DNA from: Patescibacteria group bacterium
Lineage (GTDB): Bacteria > Patescibacteriota > Patescibacteriia > JACRDY01
NCBI GenBank assembly: GCA_041653535.1
Contig: JBAZFH010000001.1
Span: forward strand, 214,175-278,174
Reading direction: 5' to 3'
Length of the DNA stretch: 64,000 bases
Below the pieces are notes generated by a model that did not search any database, was not told the origin of the DNA, and worked only from the letters and a program-made list of their open reading frames with translations. This document shows, in pieces, positions 48,234 to 58,408 of the stretch. Every line of letters begins with the position of its first letter. The stretch's first letter is position 1. The position numbers were made by a program, and so were the translations under genes.

Positions 48234-49793
48234 ATGCCTATTAATTTAAGCAAAATTAAGATCCCGCAGAGCCCCGGCTGCTATATCATGAAAGATCGGT
48301 CGGGCGATATTTTGTATATCGGTAAAGCGAAAAATTTGAGCAAAAGGGTGAAAAGTTATTGGCAAAAGACCCATGCCGATTGGAAAACCGACGAGCTGCT
48401 CGGTAGTGTTGTTGATATCGAGTTCATAGTTACGCGCAACGAAGTTGAGGCGCTGCTGCTCGAAGCTCGGTTAATCCGCCAACACAAACCGCGGTTTAAT
48501 CTGATGTTGAAAGAAAACCAGCCTTATACTTATATCAAAATTACCGATGAAGAATTTCCGCGCCTGGTTAGCGTCCGTACTATTGGCAGCGACGGAAAAT
48601 ATTTTGGACCTTTTGTTTCGGGTAAGGGCAAGAAATATTTAATGCTGACGACAGCTCGATTGTTTGGACTGCGGACCGACAGGTTTATCTCTCGCAGCGG
48701 TCGCGAACTCTATAAGCTGCTCAGTGAGATTAAAGAAAGAGATCTTGAAAAAATTTCCGCTACGGAATACCAATACAATGTCCGGCTTGCCGAAATGTTT
48801 TTGCGCGGAAGTAAAGAACAACTGTTGGTTGAATTAGAAAGGAAAATGAAGAAGGCCAGCGCCGAGCAAAATTTTGAGCTGGCGCGGCTGTATCGCGACC
48901 ATATTCGTTCGATCAAAAACTTTAGCGAAAAGCAGCTGATTTTACTGCCTAAAAATTACGATCAGGACGTGATCAATTGCGTGGTGGTTAGCGACAAGGC
49001 GTTGGTTCAAGTTTTTAATATCAACAAAGGAATAGTAACTTCGCGTAATCATTTTGAATTACAGGTAGCAGGGCAGGGACTAGCCGAAATTTTGTCGGGA
49101 TTTGTCGAGCAGTATTATCTGACGCGACCAGTGCCACGTGAGCTGATTTTGCCGGTGGAGCCAACTGATAAAAGTTTACTCGTTAGATATATGGAAAGTT
49201 TTAAAGGCTCAAAAGTCGAAATACTGGTTCCTAAAACAGGGGATAAAAAAAAGTTGCTTGATTTGGTGCGACAAAATATTTTGGTGCGTCTAAATGCCGG
49301 ACCACTGGCCGAGCTGCAAGCCAGATTACAGCTGCCGCGATTGCCGGAAGAAATAGACGGTTTTGATATATCCAATACTTCGGGCAAAGAAGCGGTTGGT
49401 TCGTGCGTGCATTTTAGCGGCGGCAAACCAAATAAAAATTTGTACCGTAAGTTTAAAATTAAAACAGTTTCTGGGCCAAATGATTATGCCATGATGGAAG
49501 AAGTGATGTCGCGCCGTTATGCCCACAAAGGATGGGTGATGCCGGATTTGATTTTGGTCGATGGCGGCAAAGGTCAGCTGGGCATAGCGCTTAAAGTTTT
49601 AGCCAAATTAGGCCTGGATTTACCGGTTATTTCTTTAGCTAAAAAACGGGAAGAGATTTTTATTCCTGGTTATCGCGAGCCAATAGTTTTAGAACGACGT
49701 TCTGATGGTTTGAAATTACTGCAAAATATTCGCGATGAAGCCCATCGATTTGCGATTGGGTATCATAAGTTGTTGAGAGGGAAGAGAAGTTAG
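48234..49793 (+). CDS. uvrC: Excinuclease ABC subunit C (no C-terminal HhH domain)
   Basis: PGCY...YIGKA, UVR motif, FDISN, LILVDGGKGQ, RDEAHRFA. Confidence 0.95.
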   Translation: MPINLSKIKIPQSPGCYIMKDRSGDILYIGKAKNLSKRVKSYWQKTHADWKTDELLGSVVDIEFIVTRNEVEALLLEARLIRQHKPRFNLMLKENQPYTYIKITDEEFPRLVSVRTIGSDGKYFGPFVSGKGKKYLMLTTARLFGLRTDRFISRSGRELYKLLSEIKERDLEKISATEYQYNVRLAEMFLRGSKEQLLVELERKMKKASAEQNFELARLYRDHIRSIKNFSEKQLILLPKNYDQDVINCVVVSDKALVQVFNINKGIVTSRNHFELQVAGQGLAEILSGFVEQYYLTRPVPRELILPVEPTDKSLLVRYMESFKGSKVEILVPKTGDKKKLLDLVRQNILVRLNAGPLAELQARLQLPRLPEEIDGFDISNTSGKEAVGSCVHFSGGKPNKNLYRKFKIKTVSGPNDYAMMEEVMSRRYAHKGWVMPDLILVDGGKGQLGIALKVLAKLGLDLPVISLAKKREEIFIPGYREPIVLERRSDGLKLLQNIRDEAHRFAIGYHKLLRGKRS

Positions 49794-49887
49794 GAGCTGG
49801 GAACTAGGAGCTGGGGGCGGGGAATTGTGCACTAGGTGTTGTTAATGTGGTATAATAACATTGTATAAAAAATAAAAAAATAAATTT

Positions 49888-50754
49888 ATGGATCAACCTA
49901 CGCCTTTTCTTTCTGGAACGCCGACTGCCAGCCCTGCGCCCTATGTTGCCAAAAAGAGTTCCGCCTTGCTGCCAGTGATTATCGGTATAGTACTAGCAGC
50001 GCTAGTAGTGGCACTGGTCGGTTATTTTCTAGTTGTTTTGCCCGCCAAAACCGTTGCAGATAATCTTAATGAGCAGGTTGGTTTTTTAGGTCAAGAAAAA
50101 ATTGTCCTGCAAACCGATCTAAACGCCTGTAAGGATCAAAACACTACGCTGGGTAATAGTTTGCAGCAAAAAAATCAAGAAGCGACACTGGCTAGCGAAA
50201 GTGATTACGCCGGTTGGAATACCTATACTAGCGTTGTGGACAACATTAGTTTTCGTTATCCCACTAATTGGGACGCAGTAACCGATGCAGAAATAGCCGG
50301 ACAGGGGTCTGTGCCTTCGACGACTGAAGATAACATATCTTTCGTTAATGGCGTAAGCGGAAACAGAATACACGTTAGTTTTGTCAGAAAACAAGCTGCT
50401 GATAATGGTAGCTTGTTTTCAGCAATTAAACTGAAAGATTATCCTTCAGTGGTCGCGACAAAGATTAATCTAGGCGGTACAATCATTACCGACAAGGTCG
50501 TTTCTTCTTATAACAAAAAGATAAAAATGATTGTTTACGGCTATAGCCACAAAGACGATGGTACTAACAATCAGGGTATTATTGCCGTTGGCGACTATTA
50601 TTTTAATATTTGGGCTGAAGGCAACACCAGTCTTGCCAAAGAAGATGATAAGGACATCTCGTTTGATGATCAGGTGATCATGGAAAAGATTTTGAACTCA
50701 GTGAAATTCAATGTTACCGCTTCGACGTCAGTAGCCGCTGAACCAGTCAAATAA
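49888..50754 (+). CDS. Hypothetical membrane-anchored protein (TM, coiled coil, PsbP-like C-terminus)
   Basis: WNTY....ISFRYPTNW and EKILNSVKF motifs. Confidence 0.7.
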   Translation: MDQPTPFLSGTPTASPAPYVAKKSSALLPVIIGIVLAALVVALVGYFLVVLPAKTVADNLNEQVGFLGQEKIVLQTDLNACKDQNTTLGNSLQQKNQEATLASESDYAGWNTYTSVVDNISFRYPTNWDAVTDAEIAGQGSVPSTTEDNISFVNGVSGNRIHVSFVRKQAADNGSLFSAIKLKDYPSVVATKINLGGTIITDKVVSSYNKKIKMIVYGYSHKDDGTNNQGIIAVGDYYFNIWAEGNTSLAKEDDKDISFDDQVIMEKILNSVKFNVTASTSVAAEPVK

Positions 50755-50812
50755 AATATTTATAGCTAAAGTAAAAACCCCGCGTCGTAATAGAGCGGGG
50801 TTTTGTTGTTGG

Positions 50813-51115
50813 CTATTTGGCTTCGCAGTCGACGCTGCGAAAGACATTGGCGTCGATCAGGAATTTTTTTTCAACACCGTCGGTGTTTTTGGCTGTAGCG
50901 ACCGTGCTCCAGTAAACTTTTTTTTCGAGTCGGTCGATAGCGGAGATGGTCGGGTCGATGGTCTTGATGCAGTTCATTGCTTCGTCTTTGTCGACCCAGT
51001 AGTTGCCCATGACAACGGCGCCAAGAGCTCCGAAGATGAGGACGACGATTCCGATGATGGCGATAAAGAGTATCAATTCAACGAGTGTAAACCCTTTGTT
51101 GTTCCCGGTCTTCAT
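50813..51115 (-). CDS. Type IV pilin-like protein
   Basis: KGFTLVELI prepilin cleavage/methylation motif; two Cys. Confidence 0.8.
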   Translation of the reverse strand: MKTGNNKGFTLVELILFIAIIGIVVLIFGALGAVVMGNYWVDKDEAMNCIKTIDPTISAIDRLEKKVYWSTVATAKNTDGVEKKFLIDANVFRSVDCEAK

Positions 51116-51360
51116 TTCACTTCTCCTTGGTTATTAGTTGGTGGGTACACCGCACCCAACTTTGCTAAAGAGTCCGGTGTTGAGTAAAAATTTTTTTTCA
51201 TTGCCGATGACATCGGCAGCTGTTATTTAGGTTTGATCGTTAATTTGCGAATATTATAAGTTATATTATTTTTGTTTGTTTGTCAATAGAAATAAATCGG
51301 ACTTGGCTGGTCTTGCCAGTTTTTTATTTTTCTGTTAAACTTTCCTTACTTATTAATAAA

Positions 51361-51424
51361 TCACTCATTTTTCGCATTTTCCTTCCCCGAAATTTTAAAC
51401 AAAGGGGCGGCGAAAAAGAGGGAT
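51361..51424 (+). promoter_or_regulatory. Probable rpsB (S2) leader structure
   Basis: CTC.TTTTTCGC...GCGAAAAAGAG long stem directly upstream of rpsB. Confidence 0.5.
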
Positions 51425-51438
51425 AATAAAGGAAAAAT

Positions 51439-52137
51439 ATGCCAAAATTACCAAGTTTGGAGGAGATGTTAAAAACCGGGATGCACTTTGGTCATAAGAC
51501 CGGAAAATGGCACCCAAAAATGGAGTCCTATATCTTTGCTGAGCGCAACGGCGTTCATGTCGTTGATTTGGAAAAAACCCTAGTTAAGCTGGAAGAGGCT
51601 CTAAATTTTATTAAAAATACCGTTGCTAGTGGCGGTGTTGTTTTGTTTGTAGGAACAAAAGATCAAGCTAAACCGATTATTGAAAAATATGCCAAGGAGT
51701 GCGGCATGCCTTATATTAATCAACGTTGGCTTGGCGGCACGTTGACTAATTTTCCGATTATTTTGAAACTCACCAAAAAGTATAAAGACATGAGAGTTAA
51801 GCAAGAGACCGGTGGTTTTAAGGGTTATACTAAAAAAGAACAGCTTGATTTCCAAAATGAAATTGAAAATTTAGATATGCGTGTTGGTGGTATTGCGGAG
51901 GTGAAAAAAGTTCCCGAAGCGATTTTTATTGTCGATATCATGCGTGAAAAAACAGCTTTGACTGAAGCGGTAAAACGCCATGTTCCGGTTGTGGCGATTT
52001 GTGATACCAATGTTAATCCGGAAAAGGTTACTTATCCCATTCCAGCTAACGATGACGCAACTAAGGGAATAGAAATGATCACTGCGTTGGTCGCCGAAGC
52101 GGTAAAAGAAGGCAAAAACGCGGTGGTAAGTAAGTAG
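51439..52137 (+). CDS. rpsB: 30S ribosomal protein S2
   Basis: GMHFGH, RWLGGTLTNF, DTNVNP, PANDD. Confidence 0.98.
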   Translation: MPKLPSLEEMLKTGMHFGHKTGKWHPKMESYIFAERNGVHVVDLEKTLVKLEEALNFIKNTVASGGVVLFVGTKDQAKPIIEKYAKECGMPYINQRWLGGTLTNFPIILKLTKKYKDMRVKQETGGFKGYTKKEQLDFQNEIENLDMRVGGIAEVKKVPEAIFIVDIMREKTALTEAVKRHVPVVAICDTNVNPEKVTYPIPANDDATKGIEMITALVAEAVKEGKNAVVSK

Positions 52138-52185
52138 AAAAATACTCTCAATAAAAAATAAAAAGGTGGTGGGGGCGGGTGGTTT

Positions 52186-52218
52186 ACTAACCACTAACCA
52201 CTAACCACTAACCACTAA
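52186..52218 (+). repeat. (ACTAACC)4+ heptamer repeat before tsf
   Basis: Direct reading; G-rich GGTGGT..GGTGGTT partner at 52165-52184. Confidence 0.85.
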
Positions 52219-52220
52219 AT

Positions 52221-52997
52221 ATGTCCGACCTACAAACTATCAAACAACTTCGTGAACGTACCGGTGCCGGTATGGTTGATTGTCAAAAAGCGTTAGATGA
52301 ATCTAACGGCGATATTGAAAAAGCGGTAGAAATATTGCGCAAAAAAGGACTGGAAAAAGCCGGTAAGAAAGCTGAACGCAGTACTAAGGAAGGTTTAATT
52401 TCTTTTGCCTGCGAGGGGAAAAAGGTTGCTGTCGTCGGTCTTACTTGTGAAACAGATTTTGTTTCTCGCAACGAAGATTTTATTAAAGTAGTAAATGATT
52501 TTGCCATCAAACTATTAAATACTCCGGTTGAAGAGTTTAAGCCTTGGGCCGAAGAACATGTAGCCAAAGAGCTAATTTCTAAGATTGGTGAAAATATGAA
52601 GCTAGTGGCTGCGGAAGTAATTGAAGGCGAGGTTATCGGCACCTATCTTCATTCCAATAAGAAGTTAGCCACCGTCGTTGTTTTACGGGGCGGTACGGTT
52701 GAACTGGCTAACGACATTGCTATGCAGGTTGCTGCCATGTCACCAAAATATGTGCAATCGTCCGAAGTACCTGCTGATGAGATTGTTAAGGAAAAGGAAA
52801 TTTATCGAGAACAGATGAAAGGGGAAAATAAGCCAGAAGCGGTAATCGAAAAGATTATTGAAGGAAAATTGAATAAGTTTTACTCGGAGGTTTGTTTGCT
52901 TAATCAAGCCTTTATCAAAGACGACAAGATGACTATTGAGCAGCTACTCGCTGCCGCTGGTGCTCAAGTCGTTCGTTTTTCTCGCTTCCAGATATAA
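52221..52997 (+). CDS. tsf: Elongation factor Ts
   Basis: LRERTGAGMVDCQKAL, CETDFV. Confidence 0.97.
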   Translation: MSDLQTIKQLRERTGAGMVDCQKALDESNGDIEKAVEILRKKGLEKAGKKAERSTKEGLISFACEGKKVAVVGLTCETDFVSRNEDFIKVVNDFAIKLLNTPVEEFKPWAEEHVAKELISKIGENMKLVAAEVIEGEVIGTYLHSNKKLATVVVLRGGTVELANDIAMQVAAMSPKYVQSSEVPADEIVKEKEIYREQMKGENKPEAVIEKIIEGKLNKFYSEVCLLNQAFIKDDKMTIEQLLAAAGAQVVRFSRFQI

Positions 52998-53001
52998 GTA
53001 T

Positions 53002-53078
53002 ACAGGAGACAGGATACAGGATGCAGGAGATAAAGAAGCTTCTGTCTCCTGTCTCCAGTCTCCTGTCTCCAGTCTCCT
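53002..53078. repeat. Inverted heptamer arrays (ACAGGAK)4 / (CCTGTCT)5
   Basis: Complementary arrays between the tsf stop and the next start. Confidence 0.88.
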
Positions 53079-53084
53079 AATTTT

Positions 53085-53897
53085 ATGAAGGTCGCGCTCG
53101 TACAATTTACTACTTGGGATAAGGCTTATTATTTTGATCCGGCGCAGGAAAACTTTGCGGTTGGGGATTTTGTTATTGTGGAAACGCAGATAGGAATAGA
53201 TATGGGGAAAATTATCGGTTTTGAAGATATAGCCAAGTTGGCTGACGAAGCAGAAATTAAGCCAATTACCCGCAAGGCGACAAAGGACGATTTAAAAAAA
53301 CGTCTTAGCCTTGATGAGGAAAAGGAAGAAGCGGTTAAAAACTGCAAAAAAATGGTAACTAAGTACGCCCTGCCGATGAAGCTTGTTGACGCTCACTTTT
53401 CTTTTGACGACAAGAGAATTACTTTTGCCTTTATTGCTCAAGGCAGAATAGATTTTCGCGAATTAGTTAAAGATTTATCCCGTTATTATAAAAAAAATAT
53501 TCGTTTACAGCAGCTCGGTATTCGTGATGAAATGAAAATGTGCGGCGATATCGGTCCTTGCGGCATGCAGCTGTGTTGTCAAACTTTTGTCAAAGAGCTC
53601 GGCAGCATTACTTCTGATTTAGCTGAGGCGCAACAAGTGGTGCATCGTGGTTCGGAGCGCCTTTCTGGTTGTTGCGGTCGCCTGCGTTGCTGTCTGGCTT
53701 TTGAAAAAGAAGTTTATCGTGATTTAGCTGCCAAAATGCCACCGCTTGGTTCAATCGTAAAAACAGAGAGCGGTAAGGGCGAAGTGGTTGGTTGGAGGCT
53801 GATCAAGCAAATGGTGGACGTGCGGGTGGTAACCGACAATGGCAAGGAAAAAGAAGTAGTTTTTATTGAAGTTCCAGTGGATAAAATTTCTCGTTAA
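53085..53897 (+). CDS. PSP1 domain protein (RicT/YaaT-like)
   Basis: RIDFRELVKDL, GPCGMQLCC, SGCCGRLRCCLAFE. Confidence 0.9.
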   Translation: MKVALVQFTTWDKAYYFDPAQENFAVGDFVIVETQIGIDMGKIIGFEDIAKLADEAEIKPITRKATKDDLKKRLSLDEEKEEAVKNCKKMVTKYALPMKLVDAHFSFDDKRITFAFIAQGRIDFRELVKDLSRYYKKNIRLQQLGIRDEMKMCGDIGPCGMQLCCQTFVKELGSITSDLAEAQQVVHRGSERLSGCCGRLRCCLAFEKEVYRDLAAKMPPLGSIVKTESGKGEVVGWRLIKQMVDVRVVTDNGKEKEVVFIEVPVDKISR

Positions 53898-53946
53898 TAC
53901 GAGTTTAGATTTTTAGTTTAGATCCCCTAAGTAGGGGGTTTTTAGT

Positions 53947-54037
53947 ACAGGAGACAGGAGACAGGAGACAGGAGGCAGGATGTCTTGTTACTTGTGTATT
54001 TTAATCCTGTACCCCGCATCCTGTATCCTGTATCCTG
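53947..54037. repeat. Inverted heptamer arrays (ACAGGAG)4 / (CCTGTAT)-type
   Basis: Same unit family as 53002-53078. Confidence 0.88.
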
Positions 54038-54076
54038 TTTATGCTATAATAAAATCAAATCAATAAACTTATTTTT

Positions 54077-55084
54077 ATGGTTCAAAAAACTCGCGTTGCT
54101 ATCAATGGCTTTGGTCGCATTGGTCGAGCGGCTTTCCGCATCGCCTTTGGTAAGAATAATTTAGAAATCGTTGCTATTAACGATCTGACTGACAATAAAA
54201 CCCTGGCGCATCTTTTGAAATATGATTCGGTTTTCCGCACCTACGATAAAAAAGTTGGTTTCGACGGCAAAAATTTAGTAGTTAACGGCAAGAAAATTCC
54301 TTGCCTAGCAGAAAAAGATCCTTCGAAATTGCCGTGGAAAAAGCTAGGTGTTGATGTGGTTTTGGAGTGTACTGGCGCTTTTCGCGAGGAAAAAGAAGTG
54401 ATGGCGCACATCAAGGCGGGCGCCAAAAAAATAATTATCTCCGCTCCGGTAAAAGGCGACGGAGTAAATACTTATGTTTTGGGAGTAAATAGCGCTAACT
54501 ATAAAGGGGAAAAGATTATCGATAATGCTTCCTGTACGACCAATTGTATTTCTCCAGTAGTCCAGGTGATTCAAAGTAAATTCGGTATCCTCAAGGCTAC
54601 TATGACTACTATTCATTCTTATACTGCCGATCAGCGTCTAATTGATGCGCCGCACAAAGATTTGCGTCGCGCTCGCGCTGCTGGAGTCAATATGATTCCG
54701 ACTACCACTGGAGCAGCTGTAGCTACTACTAAAACCATCCCGGAATTAAAAGGTTTGTTTGACGGATTATCTATTCGTGTTCCGACTATTGACGTTTCAA
54801 TTTCTGACATCACGATGTTGATCAAGAAAAACGTTACGGAAAAAGAGGTTAATAATGCGCTTATCACTGCGAGTAAGACACCGCGCTACAAGGGTATTTT
54901 GGCGGTGACAGAAGAAGAGTTGGTTTCTGGTGATTTTATTGCCAATCCAGCCTCGGCTATTGTTGATCTTGCTTTGACCAAAGTCGTCGACGGTAATTTG
55001 CTTAAAGTGGTTGCTTGGTATGATAATGAATGGGGTTATTCAAATAGGTTAGTGGAAATGATCAGCGTGGTGAATAAAAAGTAA
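54077..55084 (+). CDS. gap: Glyceraldehyde-3-phosphate dehydrogenase, type I
   Basis: INGFGRIGR, NASCTTNC, WYDNEWGY. Confidence 0.98.
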   Translation: MVQKTRVAINGFGRIGRAAFRIAFGKNNLEIVAINDLTDNKTLAHLLKYDSVFRTYDKKVGFDGKNLVVNGKKIPCLAEKDPSKLPWKKLGVDVVLECTGAFREEKEVMAHIKAGAKKIIISAPVKGDGVNTYVLGVNSANYKGEKIIDNASCTTNCISPVVQVIQSKFGILKATMTTIHSYTADQRLIDAPHKDLRRARAAGVNMIPTTTGAAVATTKTIPELKGLFDGLSIRVPTIDVSISDITMLIKKNVTEKEVNNALITASKTPRYKGILAVTEEELVSGDFIANPASAIVDLALTKVVDGNLLKVVAWYDNEWGYSNRLVEMISVVNKK

Positions 55085-55166
55085 AAAATCAAAATTCAAA
55101 AATCAAAATCACAACTCAAAATTAAAAAATTAGTTTTTTAGCTACTAACTACTAACCACTGTTTTT

Positions 55167-56210
55167 ATGCATGACAAAAAAATAATCGCCGATATTTTTC
55201 TCTTCGCATTGCTCGCGGCGTGTTTGTATCTGGTCTACCTTTTTTTTAAACCGTTTTTGATAGTGATTATACTTTCCGGCGTTTTGGTTTCCATTTTTTA
55301 CGGTTGGTATAAAAAACTACTAACCTGGTTTAAGGGGAGGAATAATCTGGCTGCTTTAGTAATGGTGATTTTGATTGCCATTATCATTGTTTTACCAGCT
55401 ACTGATTTTATCTTTTATCTTTCCAAAAAATCAGTAGAGGCGTTTAGTTTAGTCACCAATTGGATTAATACAGGATTTTTGGAAAAAACCATCAATGAGC
55501 AGGTAATTAGCAGATTTAACTTTGTTGACCCTTCGGTCTTCAATGTTCGTAATTATTTAATTTCTGTCAGTTCAAAAATTTCCAGTTTTTTAGTTTCTGG
55601 GGCTAGCTCGCTTTTGCGAGGCACGGGACAGTTTGTTACCTATTTAGTTTTAATGTTTTTTACCATATTTTTCTTGTTCCGCGATGGAGATAAGCTTTTG
55701 CAGCGAGTAATGTATCTGACACCGCTTCCAAACAAATACGACAAAGAGATTTTCCAAAAATTTCGCGATGTCAGTTATTCATCGATAGTTAGTACTTTTA
55801 TAGCGGCAATTGCCCAAGGTATCGCCGGCGGTATCGGTTTTTTGATAGTAGGTATTCCGGCGTTTTTGCCAGCGGTTTTGATGACCATGCTGGCTTTATT
55901 GCCATATGTCGGTGCGGCTATTTTGTGGTTGCCCGCTGGAATTTATCTGCTGCTGATCGGAAAAATCTGGCAAGGAGTATTTCTTTTGGTTTGGGGTGGA
56001 GCGATAGTCTCATTAGTCGATAATATTTTACGACCAATGTTGATTAAGGGTAAGGCGCAAGTTCATCCGTTGTTGATTTTTTTCTCTATTTTCGGCGGTA
56101 TTATCGCTTTCGGCTTTTGGGGGATAATTATTGGTCCGGTGGTGATATCGATATTTTTCGTACTACTGCATATCTATGAAACTGAGTACGAAGATGTTTT
56201 AGAGCGATAA
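55167..56210 (+). CDS. AI-2E family transporter (UPF0118)
   Basis: FFLFRDG, DNILRP, HPLLIFFSIFGG, GIIIGP. Confidence 0.9.
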   Translation: MHDKKIIADIFLFALLAACLYLVYLFFKPFLIVIILSGVLVSIFYGWYKKLLTWFKGRNNLAALVMVILIAIIIVLPATDFIFYLSKKSVEAFSLVTNWINTGFLEKTINEQVISRFNFVDPSVFNVRNYLISVSSKISSFLVSGASSLLRGTGQFVTYLVLMFFTIFFLFRDGDKLLQRVMYLTPLPNKYDKEIFQKFRDVSYSSIVSTFIAAIAQGIAGGIGFLIVGIPAFLPAVLMTMLALLPYVGAAILWLPAGIYLLLIGKIWQGVFLLVWGGAIVSLVDNILRPMLIKGKAQVHPLLIFFSIFGGIIAFGFWGIIIGPVVISIFFVLLHIYETEYEDVLER

Positions 56211-56213
56211 AAT

Positions 56214-57287
56214 ATGCCCAAGCCAGATGCGGCAAAAAAAATTCTTTTAATTGTCGGTATAATTATATTAGTTTCTGTCTTTTTTAGATCTTCGCAAGGT
56301 GGAGGAGGCGCCATCATGGTTTTTTTATTAATCATGATTCTTTTTGTTTATAAATTTTTTAAAAAAATATCTCAGCGCTTGGCGGACGAATCAGTCAGCG
56401 ATAGCCGTGAAAAGGTTAACCTTGGCAATATAAATAATAAAATAATAAATTCTAATTTTATGGCGACAATTAAAAGTAAAGCCTTGTTGATAATCGCGGT
56501 TGTTATAGTGTTGGTGATTATTGCCAATGGTATTGTGATTATTCCTGCCGGTACTACTGGCGTTTATCATCTTTTTGGTAAGGTTAAAGATGGTGAACTT
56601 CAGTCTGGTATTCATTTGATAAATCCGTTAGCTAATGTTACGGAGATGAGTATTCGCACCGAAGAGTATACCATGTCTATTTTGCAAGAAGAGGGTACTA
56701 GAAGTAACAATGATACTATCGCTGCTTTGACCAAAGAGGGTTTAAGCGTTGATCTTGATATTACGGTTTTATTTCATTTAATCGAAGATAAAGCTTCTGA
56801 TGTTTATAAGAATCTGGGTATTGATTACAGCGAAAAAATTATTCGGCCGGAAATTCGTAGCGCGATTCGCGAGGTAGTGGCTGTTTATGAAGTAAAAGAT
56901 ATTTATTCTGATAAGCGTCAGGAAGCGGCAATAAAAATTTTGAGCGCGTTGCAGGGCAAGCTAGAACCGAGAGGTATTACGGTTGAAGATGTTTTACTGC
57001 GCAACGTTGGTTTGCCGGAAGGTTTGGCAAAAAGTATTCAGGAAAAATTGTCAGCCGAGCAAGAAGCGCAAAAATATGATTTTGTCTTGGAAAAAGAACG
57101 AAAGGAAAAAGAACGAAAACTTATTGAAGCCGAAGGTCAAAAAGCAGCACAGGTTATTATCAACGAAGGCTTGACTTCAAAATATTTACAGTATTTGTAT
57201 ATCCAACAGCTTAAAGATCTCAAAGGGACTATCTATATTCCAACTAGTCCGGACTCTGGACTGCCGATGTTCAAAGGAATCGAATAG
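56214..57287 (+). CDS. SPFH/prohibitin family protein (alternative start at 56460)
   Basis: FGKV....LQSGIH..NP, TKEGLSVDLDITV, IRSAIR, LLRNV. Confidence 0.88.
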   Translation: MPKPDAAKKILLIVGIIILVSVFFRSSQGGGGAIMVFLLIMILFVYKFFKKISQRLADESVSDSREKVNLGNINNKIINSNFMATIKSKALLIIAVVIVLVIIANGIVIIPAGTTGVYHLFGKVKDGELQSGIHLINPLANVTEMSIRTEEYTMSILQEEGTRSNNDTIAALTKEGLSVDLDITVLFHLIEDKASDVYKNLGIDYSEKIIRPEIRSAIREVVAVYEVKDIYSDKRQEAAIKILSALQGKLEPRGITVEDVLLRNVGLPEGLAKSIQEKLSAEQEAQKYDFVLEKERKEKERKLIEAEGQKAAQVIINEGLTSKYLQYLYIQQLKDLKGTIYIPTSPDSGLPMFKGIE

Positions 57288-57371
57288 AAAAAAATTTGAT
57301 AGAAAAACTCGCGTTTATGGCGCGGGTTTTTTGTTAGACGGCAAGTCGATAATTTTGTATAATGTCTTTAT

Positions 57372-58358
57372 ATGGACAAAACAATCGAAAAGCTTACCAG
57401 GGCTGACTTAATCGGCCGTGGTTGTGGTAATTTTCCCACAGCCAGTAAGTGGCAAATGGTTAAAGAGGCTAAAGGCGCTAAAAAATATGTGGTCTGCAAT
57501 GTTTCTGAAGGCGAGCCCGGGGTTTTTAAAGACGGCTGGGTGTTGCAAAATCATCCCGATATCGCTATCGAAGGCATTAAACACGCTATCAAATACCTTG
57601 GCGCCAAAAAGGCGGTTGTTTATCTGCGCCAAGATTATTATCAGAAATATCAGAGTAAATTGCGCAAATTGATTGGTAAAAACAAAATAGAATTATTTAA
57701 AGAGGCTGGAGGTTATATCGGCGGTGAAGAAACTGCTTTGCTAGAATCTTTGGAAGGACGACGCGTCGAGCCACGCCTCAAACCGCCGTATCCGCCACAA
57801 GTTGGACTTTACGGTCAGCCAACGTTGGTAAATAATCTAGAAACATTTTACGAGATTGGTTTGATTTTGCGCGGCAAATATGAAAAGAAACGTTTGATTT
57901 GTTTTTCCGGTCAAGGTGTAAAATCACAAGTGCATGAGTTACCAGAAAATTGGACTATAGAAAAAATGCTAAAGGAAACCGGTAATTGGCCAAAGTTTTC
58001 TTTTTTTGTACAAGTTGGCGGTGGCGCGGCTGGAACAGTCTTGAACAGCAAACAGCTGCAGCAAACGCTTAAAGATATTCATGGTCTTGGTTCAATAGTT
58101 GTTTATCATGCCAGCGAAGGTCCAAAAAAATTAATTTTGAATTGGGTCAGATTTTTCAAAGCCGAGAGTTGCGGCAAATGTGTGCCGTGTCGAGAGGGTA
58201 CTTATCGGCTGCTCGAAATATTAAACAGCAAAAAAACAGATTGGCAACTCTTTGAAGATATTTTGTTTGCTTTGGAAAACTCTAGTTTTTGCGGTCTGGG
58301 TATGTCTGTACCACGGCCGATTTTGACATACTGGAAGAATGTAAAAAAGAGGAGTTAG
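57372..58358 (+). CDS. Minimal NuoF/HydB-like NADH-binding flavoprotein subunit
   Basis: GRG..NFPT..KW, CNVSEGEPGVFKD, YIGGEETAL, ESCGKCVPCREG...C. Confidence 0.88.
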   Translation: MDKTIEKLTRADLIGRGCGNFPTASKWQMVKEAKGAKKYVVCNVSEGEPGVFKDGWVLQNHPDIAIEGIKHAIKYLGAKKAVVYLRQDYYQKYQSKLRKLIGKNKIELFKEAGGYIGGEETALLESLEGRRVEPRLKPPYPPQVGLYGQPTLVNNLETFYEIGLILRGKYEKKRLICFSGQGVKSQVHELPENWTIEKMLKETGNWPKFSFFVQVGGGAAGTVLNSKQLQQTLKDIHGLGSIVVYHASEGPKKLILNWVRFFKAESCGKCVPCREGTYRLLEILNSKKTDWQLFEDILFALENSSFCGLGMSVPRPILTYWKNVKKRS

Positions 58359-58408
58359 GGACTAGGATCTGGGAGCTAGGAACTAGGAATTAAAGTTTAA
58401 ATGAATAT

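Noticed and set aside
52186-54037. Heptamer arrays as CRISPR or telomere-like repeats
   Set aside because: There are no spacers, units are only 7 nt and differ between loci, and they are internal to operons.
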